This document shows, in pieces, positions 13,297 to 27,267 of a DNA stretch of 64,000 bases. How positions within the stretch are numbered: the stretch's first letter is position 1; each line of letters begins with the position of its first letter. The position numbers and the translations under genes were made by a program. Source of the DNA: Perna viridis (lineage: Eukaryota); assembly GCA_037379345.1 (NCBI GenBank), contig CM074519.1:42266851-42330850 (forward strand), read 5' to 3'. The notes beneath the pieces were generated by a model, which saw only the letters and a program-made list of their open reading frames with translations, was not told where the DNA came from and did not search any database.

Positions 13297-16200
13297 TGTC
13301 GCGAACAGCGAATGCTATTTAAAGACAGTCCGTTGAACTATGAACTTTGAGAGAGTAATCAAGGGAACCAAGATTATAGCGGTAATCAAAAGAATGTAAT
13401 CCATGGACAAAGACCAGACATGGAAAACAGACACACACAACAAAGAACATAATGTAACTAAAATCATATATACAAAGTAACAAAAGTAAATGAGCAACCC
13501 GGACTCCACTAAAAACTGGGAGCATGGACCAGGTGCACCGGTAGGGTTAGCGTGTTTGTATCTATGGTTAAATCGAAATTGCCAGAGGAAGTCCTCCAAC
13601 TCGAAATACAAAAAGGTTCAAAAGAAAATTGGACTGTAATGAGTCTATGTGAAAAGCTTACTGATTTTTTAATTGCAAGAGAAAAACCCAAAAACCGCGA
13701 AACCTAGAGATACCCCGTTTACAAGCAGCAATCATTTTAAAGTTAAATCAACCGATAAATTCCAATCATCTAACAGAAAACCTTTCTTACAAAAACAGTT
13801 GACCCCTCCAGTTCATCCAAGCAGTTCAGCGGAGACGTTTGTGACATCATCTAATAATAGGCAAAGTAAAGTTTCTTATTTTGACAAGCGTAGATATTGT
13901 GTGAAAGATCATTGGAGCGACGAATGTCCGAAATACAAAACGGTTAATGAAAGAAAATTGCTCCTAAGAGGTAGTTGTTTCAAGTGCTTGAAATTTGTTT
14001 ATAAATCGACAGAGTTTAAAAGAAAAAAGGTTATGCATTCATAGTGGAGAGCTTGATGCCCAAAGATATTTAAGGAGAAACCCGTTACAAGTGTCAATTG
14101 ATCAGAAGAGACTGAAATTAAATTTAGTGATGACAATAATTATTGTGCAGGTATTTAGGATGTAAGTGAAATAAATGATAAAGATGACTTTGTGGCTGAA
14201 AATGCATTCAATACATCAGAGGAGATGGTGCTTATCCAACAGCAAAGGCGGATATTATAAATACTAAGAATTCGATCAGTTGTGAAACAAGAATATTGTT
14301 TGATTCAGGATCCCACCGTATGTACATTTCAAAACATTAAGCGGATAAGCTTGGATTGAAAAGAGAGAAAACAGAAGAAATAAAACTGATCACATTTGGC
14401 AGTGTGAATCCGAAAGTGATTAGATACATTCAACAAACTTAAGCATCAAATTGCATAACGAAAAATACCTAAATATCTGAGCAAATATAGTACCTGTTAT
14501 CTGCGGAGCCGTACAACACGTAAGATGAATAGGAATTCAATTGATCATTTGAACACTTATGTGCGAGATGTACACTTAGCAGACGATATTCCAATACAAG
14601 ATGAGTACGAATGAGTAGAGTTGTTGATAGGTAATGATTATTACTTAGACATTATCTTTTGTCTTCAAAGAGTCGAAATTCAACCAGGATTGTATTTGTT
14701 AGCATCAAAATTAGGATGGATTGTCACTGGACGAACGCAGGAACTAGGAGACAAAGACAATGTGCAAAGTATGCTGATTCTCACTTATGGCCGTGAAATC
14801 AATGATTCGTTTAAATTTACAAGTTTAGATTCATTTTTCCATGTAAGATAGATCTCTCTGACTTCTGGAATATTGAGGTTATTGGATTTACAAATCCCAT
14901 AGAAACATCTGAAGACGAAAAGGCTTTGGCAGCATTTAAAGATAGTCTGAAATTCAGTGAAGGAAGATACTATGTAAAATGGCCTTGGAAGGAGGAAAAG
15001 CCAGATATACCTATGGCCTTGCTTTGGGTAGAATAAAATCTTGCCTTAATGTAATGCGAAACAGACCTGAATTAATGGAACAGTACAATGCAGTTATCCA
15101 AGATCAACTAAAAAGTGTGAGATAGAAAGATTGATGGTGATAGCAACGGAGACTTGGTGCACTATATTCCACATCATGCGGTGATAACTCCTTACAAGTC
15201 GACGACCAAGCTTAGAATTGTTTATAATGCATCTGCAAAGGCAGATAAGAATGACCAGAGCTTAAACGAATGCATATACAGAGGTCCAACGTTGCTGAGA
15301 AATCTCTCAGATATGCTGATGCGTTTTCGACTTCATAGAATAGCTTTAGTCGCTGACATAGAAAAGGCTTTCCTACAAGTTGGCCTTTCACCAAGTGAAA
15401 GAGATGTTACAAGATTTTTGTGGATAAACGACATCGAAAACCCAATTATTGATAATACATTGTAATAAGAATATACAACAAGAATTTCGTTTTTGTCGAG
15501 TACCCGTCGGTATTAAATAAAGTCCTTTTTGTATTAGGAGCAACGATTGAGTGCCATCTTGATTCCTACAGGTCGCCACTTTCACAAAAGATTAAGCATG
15601 ATATATATGTTGCGAATTTGATAACTGGTGAAAATATTGTCCGTGATGCTTTATACAGAAGCTTCAATGAATCGTCGAGAGTGGATTTCTAATAGTAGTG
15701 AAGTTAATGAATTCAGTTCGCAGCACGACGAAGCAGGAGTGAATGTTACAAAAGTTCTGGGACATGTGTGGGACGTTCAAAATAATACTCTTAGTGTGAA
15801 ACAATCAACCAAAAATAACAGTTATGACAGAATTTCAAAAAGATCAATATTAAAACAAGTGTCTGAAGTGTTTGATCCTTTAGGATTTTTATCATCCATT
15901 ATACTGAAAGGGAAAATAATTATACACGATTTGTGGAAGAAAAATCTGGATTGGGATGATGAAATTCAAAGAGAGGGTGCAGACAATAGTAGAGCAATAC
16001 AAATTGAATTACGGTAAACAGTTGATTGCAAAAACTTAGGTGCATTGTGAATTTTCCACCACTTTCTGACAATATTGTGTATAATCTTACATGTTTTTGT
16101 GATGCTTCAGGAACGTCACACGCAGCAGTAGTGTATCCACATCAAAGATGTGGGGATCATTCCAACTGTGATCTTGTGTTTCCTAATCTAGGCTTGCACC

Positions 16201-17358
16201 TATAAAGGGAATGACCATTCATAGATTAGAACTCATGACTGTGTTAATTGGGGTGGGATCTTTGTTCTTTGTGAAAAGTGAAATATGTTGAGAAATAGAA
16301 AATACTTACGTATGGACAGATTCTCAGTGCGTTTTAATATGGATATTCTGTTTTAAGGATTTATCGACGTTCGTGAGACTTGCCGAAATTAAAATTTATT
16401 CAGGGATAACATTTGGATATGTTCATTCCAGTGAAAACCCTGCAGACGTTACTTCCCGTGGCTCAACTGTACAGAAACTCATAAGATGTGTATTGGTGGG
16501 ATGCAATTCAAAATTTATTAGAAGAAATTATCTTTATTCATAAATTTTCGAAGATGGCTGCTAGGAAGGCTGCAATTAAAGCGGTTAGAGGTGATATCAC
16601 TCCAGATGGATACGAAGATGTGAGTGATGACGACACTGTGTTTGACTTGATCGAACAACTAGAATCAGTGATGAATTTAGTGTTGATGAATTTTTAATCA
16701 ACATAAAAAAAACTAGAAAGCTAAGGAAAACAATTCTCCAGATATATATGATGACATCTATGCTGAGAAATCTGAAGAAAATAATAACGTTAACGTAACG
16801 ACAAACAAAACAACCGAAGACATCACAGTTATAAGCAGCGAGGAGAAAAATATAGAACAGTCGTTAGTGACTCCACATTGCAATTTAAAACTCATATATT
16901 GACTCTAACTATAACCCGCAAAGTCAAACTATTAGGCGGAGGAGCAATAGGAGAAGAGTATGTACTAGACTAGGACTTTTCTGAACATTTTGATTGATTC
17001 ATTTCTGCTTGGAAGTGCCGGTGTCGCGAACGGCGAATGCTATTTAAAGACAGTCCGTTGAACTATGAACTTTGAATGAGAAAAATTTATTGTTTTTTGT
17101 ATTGTAATTTGTCTTCGTTCTTTCTCCATTCTTTTTTAATACTAAATGGATATTTGTAAAGTAATATTTACTCCGTTTTCTCCGTTCTTTTTATAATTAC
17201 AAAGGATGTTCGTGTAACAGAGTTGTTGGAGCTTTGTTTTAGTATTAATACCATCTGTAAATCTGTTAAAGTGTGTTTTTTTCACGATGGATACTAAACG
17301 GTAATACGAAATTTGTGTTGTATTGTGTTCTATAAAAAAAAATACAGTGTTCTCAACA
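13297..17358 (+). mobile_element. Degenerate BEL/Pao LTR retrotransposon (integrase largely deleted)
   Basis: LTR start TGTCGCGAAC at 13297 and 17022 (54-bp match, 1 mismatch); CCHC knuckle remnants, LFDSGS protease, VHYIPHHAVI/KLRIVYNAS/ADIEKAFLQV RT, FCDAS and NPADVTSRG RNase H; 3' LTR ends ...CAACA. Confidence 0.9.
13351..13547 (-). mobile_element. Naiad-type PLE 3' fragment inside the BEL 5' LTR
   Basis: Family 3' UTR abuts the truncated LTR. Confidence 0.9.
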
Positions 17359-17459
17359 TTGTTAGACATTAAACGACATTTGAACTTTGCCAGTACTGCT
17401 AAAGGTGGCCTATTTGTTGTAAAACGCACAGAGTCGTTAGCAACTATCCGCGGATGTAT
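17359..17459 (+). mobile_element. Gypsy-like element, part 2
   Basis: DIKRHLNFASTAKGGLFVVKRTESLATIRGC continues from KLTNV at 13296. Confidence 0.65.
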
Positions 17460-17880
17460 CACTACTAAGTTATACAAGTCTGAATAGGGTACATTAAGTT
17501 CTAACTTGTGCTAACTGTCTTAACTTTTCTAAATATGTCTGAAAAATACTTGGATTATCTTGACCGAGTTTCACCTTGTCCAAACTAGTCTCAACTAGTC
17601 TCCACCATATCTCGACTTGTCTTGACACATTCTTGACCTGTCTCGACCAAGTTTTCACAAGGCTTAACTTGTCTCGATCAGCCACAAACAGTCTTACCAG
17701 TCTCGAATAGTCTCTACTTAGTCTCAGCCAGTGTCGACTAAGTCTTAAACTGTCTCAACAATTAAATTCAAAGCTCTCAACAACCTTATTAGTCTCGACA
17801 TGAGTTTTTCATCCATTATAGCATTAGAATGTTTCCAAATTGTCTTAATTTCTTTTAAAGTGGGATGTTTATTGTATTTG

Positions 17881-18276
17881 AAAGAGTAATCAAGGGAACC
17901 AAGGTTATAGCGGTAATCAAAAGAATGTAATCCAGGGACAAAGACCAGACATGGAAAACAGACATACACAACAAAGAACATAAAATAACTATAATCATAC
18001 ATACAAAGTAACAAAAGTAAATGAGCAACTCGGACTCCACTAAAAACTGGGAGCATGGACCAGGTGCACCGGTACGGTAAGCGTCCTCTGCTTTTCTAGA
18101 AACACCCGCCGAGTTGCTCATCAAAACGTCCGGGGTAGACAAACGAGGAAAGGAAATCTATGACCCGTTGAATAAATCAGTTTTCGTGGTGCTGATGGAT
18201 ACATCATAACGATCCACGAGTTCATGATGACGACCATAAAACTTCTGTAGTGATGACTTCAATCTTGTAGCAACAT
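17881..18276 (-). mobile_element. Naiad-type PLE 3' fragment within the CACTA element
   Basis: Family RT end plus 3' UTR. Confidence 0.9.
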
Positions 18277-18639
18277 GGCACAATCGACATAAACCGTCAT
18301 TTTTTTAAAGAATTATTTTTTAATATATAAATACTAGTTTCAAGCTCATAGTCTAATATTACATGTAAACACATTTTTAATTAATGATCTCAAAATTTGG
18401 TTGCAACGTTGAGGTGAGTTTATCACTGAAATACATCAAGTTCTATTTTTATATTTATTCCAATGAGGCATCTCTGAATATTGCATTGTTTTCTCACTAA
18501 TTCCGCTTTATTTTTCACTCGATATAAACACAAATTCTTTATACACATGTAAACATAGCCCATGTATCTTATCAAAAACAGATAGTACTTCGATTATAAA
18601 TGGTATTATTCAGTGCGTGATCTATCTGCTGCATATTTC

Positions 18640-19285
18640 AAACCCCTGTAAATTGTTTAATCAAAATATAGAAATAAAAGACTCCTATGTTTACTTGGGT
18701 CTTTTATTTGATTACAATGGACATTTTGTCCAAGCACGGAAAAAATTGGTTGATCAAGCTCAGAAATCTCTTTATGCACTATATAAAAAGATTCAAAATA
18801 TTTCCATTCCGATTGATCTGCAATTAAAATTGTTTGATGTATTGGTTGTTTCTATTTTGACATACTCTTCGGAAATTTGGGGTTTGAAAAAAAGGCTAAT
18901 GTTGAAAAATTACATCTACAGTTCTGCAAACGTATACTGGGTGTTAGATCCTTATCTTTTAAAATTGAAGTTGAGTTACCGGATAAATTTTTGTAGATTA
19001 AGGGCATGTAATATAAAGTTTCCCATTGAAACGGGGAGGTGGAGGAATATCCCAAGGGAAGATAGAATATGTAGAATTTGTGGAACTGGTCTTAGGGACG
19101 AATATCATTATTTTTGTGAGTGTAATAATAATGTAGTTTTAGACTTAAGAAGAAAGTTTATACCATCATATTATACGAGGTATCCAAGTAGAGAAAAATG
19201 TATGGCATGATAAAATTTTGCAATATACAGGTATTAATAAATGTGTCGATATTCATGCAAAAACTGCAAAAGATGTTTAATTAGA
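18640..19285 (+). mobile_element. CR1/L2-group LINE ORF2 3' fragment
   Basis: YVYLGL, LKLFDVLVVSILTYSSEIWG, IETGRW...RICRIC...DEYHYFCEC. Confidence 0.8.
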
Positions 19286-22031
19286 TATGCTATTTGTATG
19301 CAATGATATTGTGAAAATATTGTCTTGATAACTTTATGTGTGATATTTTGTGTTTATATGTATGTACTTTATATTTATATATACATTTATATACTCCTGT
19401 TACGCAGTACTCTGCGGCTGAGTTTTTTTCTAATAAACAGTAAACAGTTTGAAATGAGCCTCCGCACCAAACATCACACAATGAAAATAATTCATCGTTA
19501 TGGTAATTGGTATGTTTATAGTTGAGATGTCTTATCTTTAAATAGAAATATTCACGAAAATTTTATACATGTAATGTCACTAAAGACGCAATATACACGC
19601 ATGTCACTTATCAATTATCAACTAACTACCATGTCTCTAACTAAATGTATTTTATGTTAAATTCTGAAAACTTAATTAATTAGGGGATAATAAAGCCCCT
19701 GATTAAGGATTTTATAATACTGGGAATAACCCTAGAAAGGATCGCCCTAAATTTAGCGATAAAACATGCGTGTATATTATAAAGATTACTATATAGAAAA
19801 AAAACAGTGATACAAATGTACACATTGACAATTCATCATACAGGTACAATGTACGTGATACAGGTCAATAACTATACAAATGTAAAAAAAACATTTTTCA
19901 CCTCTACACCCCCGCGTTACTGACTCCTGTCTGACACCAATAGACACATGTTCGTTTAAAATAAAATCGATCTAAGTATTACACCGAAACTACCGTCTAA
20001 AAAAAGAATAGCTTATAAATCATAGAAACAACCTGCTTACATCGCAGATGATTATGATGATTGTGTTTTGTTGTTAACAAATTCAAACATTCGATTTTAT
20101 TATGCATATCCAAACTAAAAGGGGTCAATAATTAAATGTTTTTATAACATGTATATTGTTAAACATGAAACTGATACAAATTTGTTGCCACTAGTCTGCT
20201 TTTTACTAGATAAAAAGTGCGATAGTTCATAAACCTTTTGTATATTACATCGAACATGTACATGTAACCACAGAGGCTTATTAGCGTCAACTAAACTGTT
20301 TATTATTATATTTTTTGCGTTATCAGCCAGACACTTTGTTTTCGGTGCAAGCGTGATTGTGAACTTTTATTTGGCTGCACGACTAGTTTAAAGCAGGTTC
20401 TGTTCGATTGGTAAAGTCGTTCTCGTCCTTCCTGCCAAAAGACGTTAAACCATATTTTAAATAGACAGGTATTTGGGTATAGCTATACCTAAACTTGCAA
20501 AGTAAGGATGTGTAAAGATGTAAGGTGTCCGTACTTCCGTCAGTCCATACTATCTTCCTTCCTTATGCTATATAGGGGATGCATCTCGCATCTCTCATAT
20601 CTTGAATTATTTTTAAAATGCTTAAAACATATTTTGATTTCTCCTCCGACTATACATGGATGCACTTAAGATATAGAAAATTAATTGCAAATTAAATTAA
20701 AAAGATAATATTATTATTGACAGGCACGATTTTAACCCATTTTCTTCTCTGTACACATCCCTTTATAAATTATAAGTTTTATTTCATCAAAAAAACTGCA
20801 CACACAACATATAAAAAACAAATAAAAGAAGAGAAAAGAAGAATTCTATTATTATTATTATTATTATTATTATTTTGTAATTAATTTATCACACGAACAT
20901 TATATACCAACATAAATCTGTATCATAACGATACAACATTATCATTTTATACGGTACCATTTTTATCGCTGATGTACATGTAGGTATTGTGAATTCGAGG
21001 ATCGTAATAAATGCCACGTGCCAGACGAGTTGTACGATATATTGTATATTGTCTGAATAACGTAAATACTCTTATACAATTTTCTCTGGTATAATGGTAA
21101 ACGTCACATTCAGGTATCTAGTGTTTTCATCTGGTCCGGTGTGTACCCAGGACTCATGAACGGTTTTAAGATGCACCGAATAGCGATTCAGATTCTTTTT
21201 AAAAATGACTTTGGGGCTGAACAAGAGTATTTAAAAAAAGACGGGCTTCAAATGTTACCACGAATGGGTTTTCAAGCTATGACCTGCACAATTTTTGCCA
21301 AAATTTTATATTTTTCAGTTGTTACTGATTCAATTTCTCAGCACATAATTGTTGATTACATCTAAGAGTATGTAGAATCTGTTATCTACTGAAAATGTTT
21401 GTACGCGTGCATTGATTTAAATTAGGCAGAGTAAATTGTATTTAATATATTTCACAGGCAGCGGTGAAACATTAAATTTTTCAATTAAACTTTTTTTATT
21501 TGACTTTCTTTTCATATTCTTCCATCCAAACTTTGATGTTTTCCATATAATAGTATCAATATGAATGTTTCCTATAACCTAAATGATTAAGTAATAGTCT
21601 CCATAAAAAGTATGCAAAAGGCAATTCATGCATAAAAGAGATACAGCGGTTTTATCTTTGAATTCGTAAATTAGGACTGTTTTCAGTCCTAAAATTTTCA
21701 ATATATGTTATCGAGACAGTTTGAGATTCATTTGAGACTGGTCGAGACTTCTTTAAGACTATTCAAGACTGGTAAGACTGTTCAAGACTCTTTGGGACAG
21801 GTTGAGACTGGTGAAAACTTGGTCGAGACTGGTCAAGACAAGATAAGACGAGTCGAAACTGGGTCAAGACAAGTCGAGACACATTCCGGACTTTTTGAGA
21901 CTTTTTTGGACATGGTGAGACTCAGTCGAGACAATCTTAGTATTTTTCAGACACATTTAGGGAAGTTAAGACAGAGTTAGCACCAGTTAGAACAAAATGT
22001 ACCCTATTCAGACTTACATAACTTTGTAGTG

Positions 22032-22870
22032 TATCATCGTACCACGTCAAATTTGGTCTACTTGTGTCGTTACATATCAAACTCAATCACCCTACAGATG
22101 CCAGCTAAAAACTTTGTGAATCGTTTCTTGTTGCATTAGGTATGAATAAATCTATTGAATAGCGCTGTTTTGTCATTACTATGCGTCATTACAAATATTA
22201 AGGATAGTTAAGTCTGATCAAACGAGAGATATACCTGATATAATTGGAAAAGTAATCAAGGCAACCAAGCGGAAATTAAAATAATGTAATAATACATACA
22301 AAGTTCATTCGCTGCAGACGTCATAAACACGAAAAACGGCTTGCACTAGTAGTGTGCGACATCATATACTGTCGCGCTCGTTTCATTTATAGTGAATCCT
22401 ATGACTCTTTTAGAAAAGCTTTACTCTGCCTATGTGTGAACTCCGGCTATAAGATGGGCATATAGGTGTGATTCGAACAAACGATAAGTTACTTAAAACA
22501 CACAAAATTTGCATTGAATGAGTTCTCCCGAAATCGTTGATAACAATCTCGTGACGGAATGAGCCATTCAGGAATAAGAGGATTAAGATATTGCGACTTG
22601 ACCCGTCTGCAAGATCTATTTCTACAATTCACGTGGCTCAAATGAATTCCGGAGTTAGAAATCGATATAGGTGTGTCTGTTTAAGAAATGTGATTCCAGC
22701 GTGATCGGTTTACCAACAACTGACAATTTGATAGAACTTCAAAATGAGGCTCGTATAAAAAAATTTTGCACATAGCAAAAAATCAAAATATCTAAATAGG
22801 AATACCCCGATGCTATATCACTTAGATGCTGGAGACCATTACATTATCATTTCGACCGATTATCATTGAA
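22032..22870 (+). mobile_element. Gypsy-like element, part 3 (integrase remnant)
   Basis: IIVPRQ..GLLVSLHIKLNHPT, FAADVI, QRDRFTN remnants. Confidence 0.6.
22248..22303 (-). repeat. Short degenerate Naiad 3' remnant
   Basis: AGTAATCAAGGCAACCAAG...CATACAAAG. Confidence 0.45.
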
Positions 22871-24815
22871 ACATGAAGAACGTGTGAAGAGAAGTTTGGA
22901 TTTTACATATATTAATATATTTACGATAGATATGACTTGATAAATCGCCATGTCCAGTTTGGATATAATTATATTGTTTATTTACTTATCTTATAATTTA
23001 ATTACACTGTCATTTTTATCCCTGGGGAAATTCATAGAAATGAATAGACTTGTCCATAAGAAAATAGTTTTTCTCTGATAGTCAAAAAGAATCATTGCAC
23101 TAGTTTAAATATGGAAATATTGGACTTAGTGAAATATTAGAAAAACAATATTTGAAAAATAACGTAATAAAAAGAATTATTGAATCAGGAACCCACAGAA
23201 AGGAATAGTACCATATTATAAAAGGGTTATTGCATATTTATATTGGTGAATATTGGACTTGGCAGCACATCTTATTTGACTTGTTACAATTAACTCGTGC
23301 AATATGATATTCTGTTCAGTCCAATATTCCCCAATATTCATGCTAATCCTATAATATCTACCCAAACAAAACAAAATATTTGTATTATATTCTAAAATGA
23401 AGAACATCATTTCTGATAATTTAAAAACAATATTACTAAAGCTGACAATAACAACTAATTAGCTGGCTATATATAAAAACAGTGTTTACATCCTAAATAC
23501 AAGACTAAACGCTTTTTGTTTTATGTACGTCTTGTAATACGTTAAACTTAAATCTCAACAAAACTGTTAAGACTGCGTTAAAAAGTATTTAGATACTAAA
23601 TATTTTCCTCAATACGTTTAGCATTAAACGTGACAAGAAAGTGTTTACTTTATAAATGTTGTTTTTAGATAAATAGTTGCACTTATTTGCACTTGCAACA
23701 CGATGATAAAACTACTATGAAAATACTGAATCCCTAGAATGGTGAATTTCTGGTACCTTTATTGCTGTCATTACCGAATCAATTTGCCGCCAAAGAATAT
23801 TCACTGTGTCAAAAGGCCAATATTGTTGTGACTCAATTGTTTGACCGTCAAAGTTTTCCAGGGATAGCATGTGTGAACAAACTAAACAAAGTATGATATT
23901 GCAGCAAAGACCAAACACCGAACTCCTTTCACCGAACCAGACTATGATTCGAGTTCTGATTATTGTCTTTAATTTTTCTGATTAACAATGCTCTTGCATA
24001 ATTTTCAGTAGAGTGTATCATAATTTAAAATTCATGGTTCTCGTTTTCTTCTTGAGGTTTTCTGAATTTTATGTAATCCAAGATTATATTGAAGTTCGTC
24101 GACAAAATGTCCTAAAAATTCTGGGTCTGATCATTTTTGAACAGTACGTTGTTGTCGTTTTCAACCACCAAATCTACACATTTGATAAAGCATTTTATTG
24201 ATATAGAGAACTTTTGAACAGAAGCAAAAACTCATCAAAGAATTGGTTTCATCAATTGTATAGTACTGAGATACTCCAAGACTATCGCTTTATCAGTATC
24301 CCAATTAACAACAAATATGTTATCATTTAGCAATAAACAAACGAATGGCTATTATCTGAATAAAATTTAATAATTATGAAGACACAAAAAGTTTATGCCA
24401 AAATACACGCTACCGTTTTGTAATACTATGCCGTTTAAACATTGACAATTACAGGTAATAAAATACAACAGTGTACTAAGTTTTAATCAAATCACTTTTC
24501 AGTTTTGATTGTTTTCCTATCTTGACATATTAATGCTAATTATTTCATATATTAAAATTCTTTTAACAATCAGAGTTTAAGAATTTTGTACAGTATTAAT
24601 GATAGTTTCATTAAGTTTTTTTCTATTAATATAATACCATTTGAACGACAAGTTTGAACATTATATCTTCTTTTATTCTATCAACATCCATAACAAGGAA
24701 ATAAACAAGTTTGCATTGGAAATTTTACAAGAATAAAGTGATTACAAAGGGGATAACATACAGCAGTGTTATGGAATAACTATTATCATTAAAAGACAGT
24801 ACTCGTATTGGTCTA

Positions 24816-24907
24816 AAGTAAGCTGTATTGGACAGGATGCAACATACGATACCCCAATCCGAAGTAAGCTGTATTGGACAGGATGCAACATGCGATGCCC
24901 AATACGA
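24816..24907. repeat. 46-bp tandem duplication
   Basis: AAGTAAGCTGTATTGGACAGGATGCAACAT present twice. Confidence 0.85.
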
Positions 24908-26459
24908 CTGTTCAAGGACCTAACAAAGGTTTACCATGAAAATACCCATTTAATGTCATCTGCCTTAACCCACTGAACGAAAATAGACAGACAATTAATG
25001 CAAAGCACACGACCTGTATTTATCTGTTTAAGTTCTGTATACAAGTTTGGATTTAAAATAAGTGCAAAAATGTTAGCATATTCGGTATTTAAAGAATCAG
25101 TTATAAAAATGCGTTTATGTTTACGTTTCTATATCCATCGTTGACTTGTAACTCCGATTATTCTTATCAATTTACATAAAGATAATTTTAGTTAACTTTT
25201 GAATCTTGTTTTATCTAGGACACAGACATGAGTGTTAATTTGTTGTAAATATAACCATTCACATCAAATAAAATACATTTTATTTTAGTCTGTTCTATAA
25301 TATGACAAAATGGATTGTTTATTTATATTTTGTCTTACCTTCAATATCGTTTCCTTAAATATCTATAAATTCAATTCTGTTTTACTCTAGGTTTTTCCTT
25401 TAGAACCTCGTTCGTTGTTGCTATATTTAAATACGTTGGAGAATTCTATGTATTGTTTACAGTAGGGTAGAGTTGTAACAAAAAAATCAATAATACTTCA
25501 AATATTCGATTATTAATGCATGTCGACTTGCTAAGAAAATGTCGTGTTCAGGGTAGACAAAAGAGTAATGGACTACCCTGACGGTTTTCCAAGTGTAGGT
25601 GAATATACCATATGTGATAGGAAATATGATACGACAGTGGTTAGACTTTCTTGATTAAATAATGTTAGTCTTTGAGAAAGGGAAGAAAGTGTACGGATAT
25701 TTTGAGACTTTATAGCAAATATTTTATTATTTGAACTCTATTGATTAAATTCATATGCATAAGGGAAAACAACTTTACACAAACATGAGAACAAGTATAA
25801 AATAACTACCAATATATAACTAATTTCCAATGGGGACACCAGACTATAAAACAAACAATTACCACATACTTGTACACAATCATAAAGGTGTTACATGTAC
25901 ATATGAGATACCTGCATACATAAACAATGATACAAACATTACGATGACAAAATACATGAAGAAAATGGCAGTTGGGTAGGTTCATATACAATTAAGAGGG
26001 TAATATATGAATAAATAAATGAAAAAAAAGGGAGGAAATAAACATAATAAATCAATCATAACATAGACATGAACAGGGGGTTTGACTAATACATAGTTGT
26101 TTTACATAATCGTTAGTACATATAGGGATATAGGGCATTGTTTAAAAAGAATTTGGACTAGGAGCACAGAATGAAGACTAAGATAGGGATTCAAGTTCAA
26201 GAGGGTTCACCCTCAAGAAGGGAGTCTTCTGACTCTTTCTCTCTTCTCAATGTCTGTACGCTGCTGTTGCATTGTGATTGCTGAATAACAAAAGAACCAG
26301 TCGTACGTCCGCTTATTGAACACACCCATGGAAGATAACAGTAACAGATTTTTTCTAATTTGTCATACAAAACGACCAACGAGTGTTTGATGACGACCAT
26401 GTCACTTTTGTTATGATAACTTTAATATTGTAGCAACATAATCCTTTTTATAGGAATGT

Positions 26460-26770
26460 AAAGAGAATAAGTATGATGAATATGTCAAAGAGACAACAGC
26501 TCCATCAGGGATGAAAGTGTCACCCCAAAGTCAATCGCTGGTCTACAATGAACATTGAGGAAATCGGTCCAGCACCGACAAAAAATCCGCGTTTAAAATT
26601 CGTCAAGCTCATGCATAGGGTATGAGTTGTATTATAAATAATCCATACTCATGGGCTATATGGGTGTTGCCACTGATGAAAGGAAAGTTTACGATACGGA
26701 ATAAGATTCGTTGCATTTTTCTTATAGTTGGTAATGAGTTTTCTCTTTCCGTCTAATACTAAGAATAGAT
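26460..26770 (-). mobile_element. Old Penelope-like fragment with a different 3' UTR
   Basis: Minus-strand remnant RIVNFPFISGN..YGLFI. Confidence 0.55.
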
Positions 26771-27267
26771 TAAAATATGAGGCTGAATTAATGGTTTTTA
26801 AAGTGGCCTATACATCAAATGGTTGTTTAGGGAGAGGGGGTATATGCGATGCGTAAAGTCCCCGTTTTAAGATTGTTTAAACACATAAACTCATCTATTT
26901 ACTTGAGACTGATATAAAAAAATCTAACTTAACAGTATTATGATCAGCCATAAAGACAGCCTAATAAGTGTGTAGTAACAGATCATTACGAAGTGTAACT
27001 AAACATTTACCGGTAAATGTCGAACACGTCCACCACAATGGACAAAAATGTCGTCGATAATACAAATTAAGCATTTTTAAAACATTTTGTAAAACATTTT
27101 TTGTTTGTACTTGTAGAAAGTGATGTCGAATAGATTTTTACAAAGTACGTAAAATGTCTCCTAAGATCTAACAAAAATATCATTTCGGGGGTAACAAGCG
27201 TCCTTGTAAGACCCTCTAAAATAGTTGTTAAGTTTGGAAGTGGATAGTTGCACTTCTTCATTTCTTG

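Larger units (their letters stand above)
17460..22031. mobile_element. CACTA (CMC/EnSpm)-type non-autonomous DNA transposon
   Basis: CACTAC...GTAGTG termini, ~330-bp imperfect inverted ends with GTCGAGAC-like subterminal repeats, 3-bp TSD TAT (17457-17459 and 22032-22034). Confidence 0.9.

Noticed and set aside
21705-21980. Repetitive protein ORFs (VETG repeats), also at 17494-17685
   Set aside because: These are translations of the CACTA subterminal repeats.
22032-22074. Continuation of the BEL 3' LTR ending in ...TTACA
   Set aside because: It translates as a continuation of the Gypsy-like pol frame; the LTR ends at ~17358.
23715-23918. Small secreted or LRR-like ORF
   Set aside because: Non-ATG start, no convincing splice context and no repeated motif.
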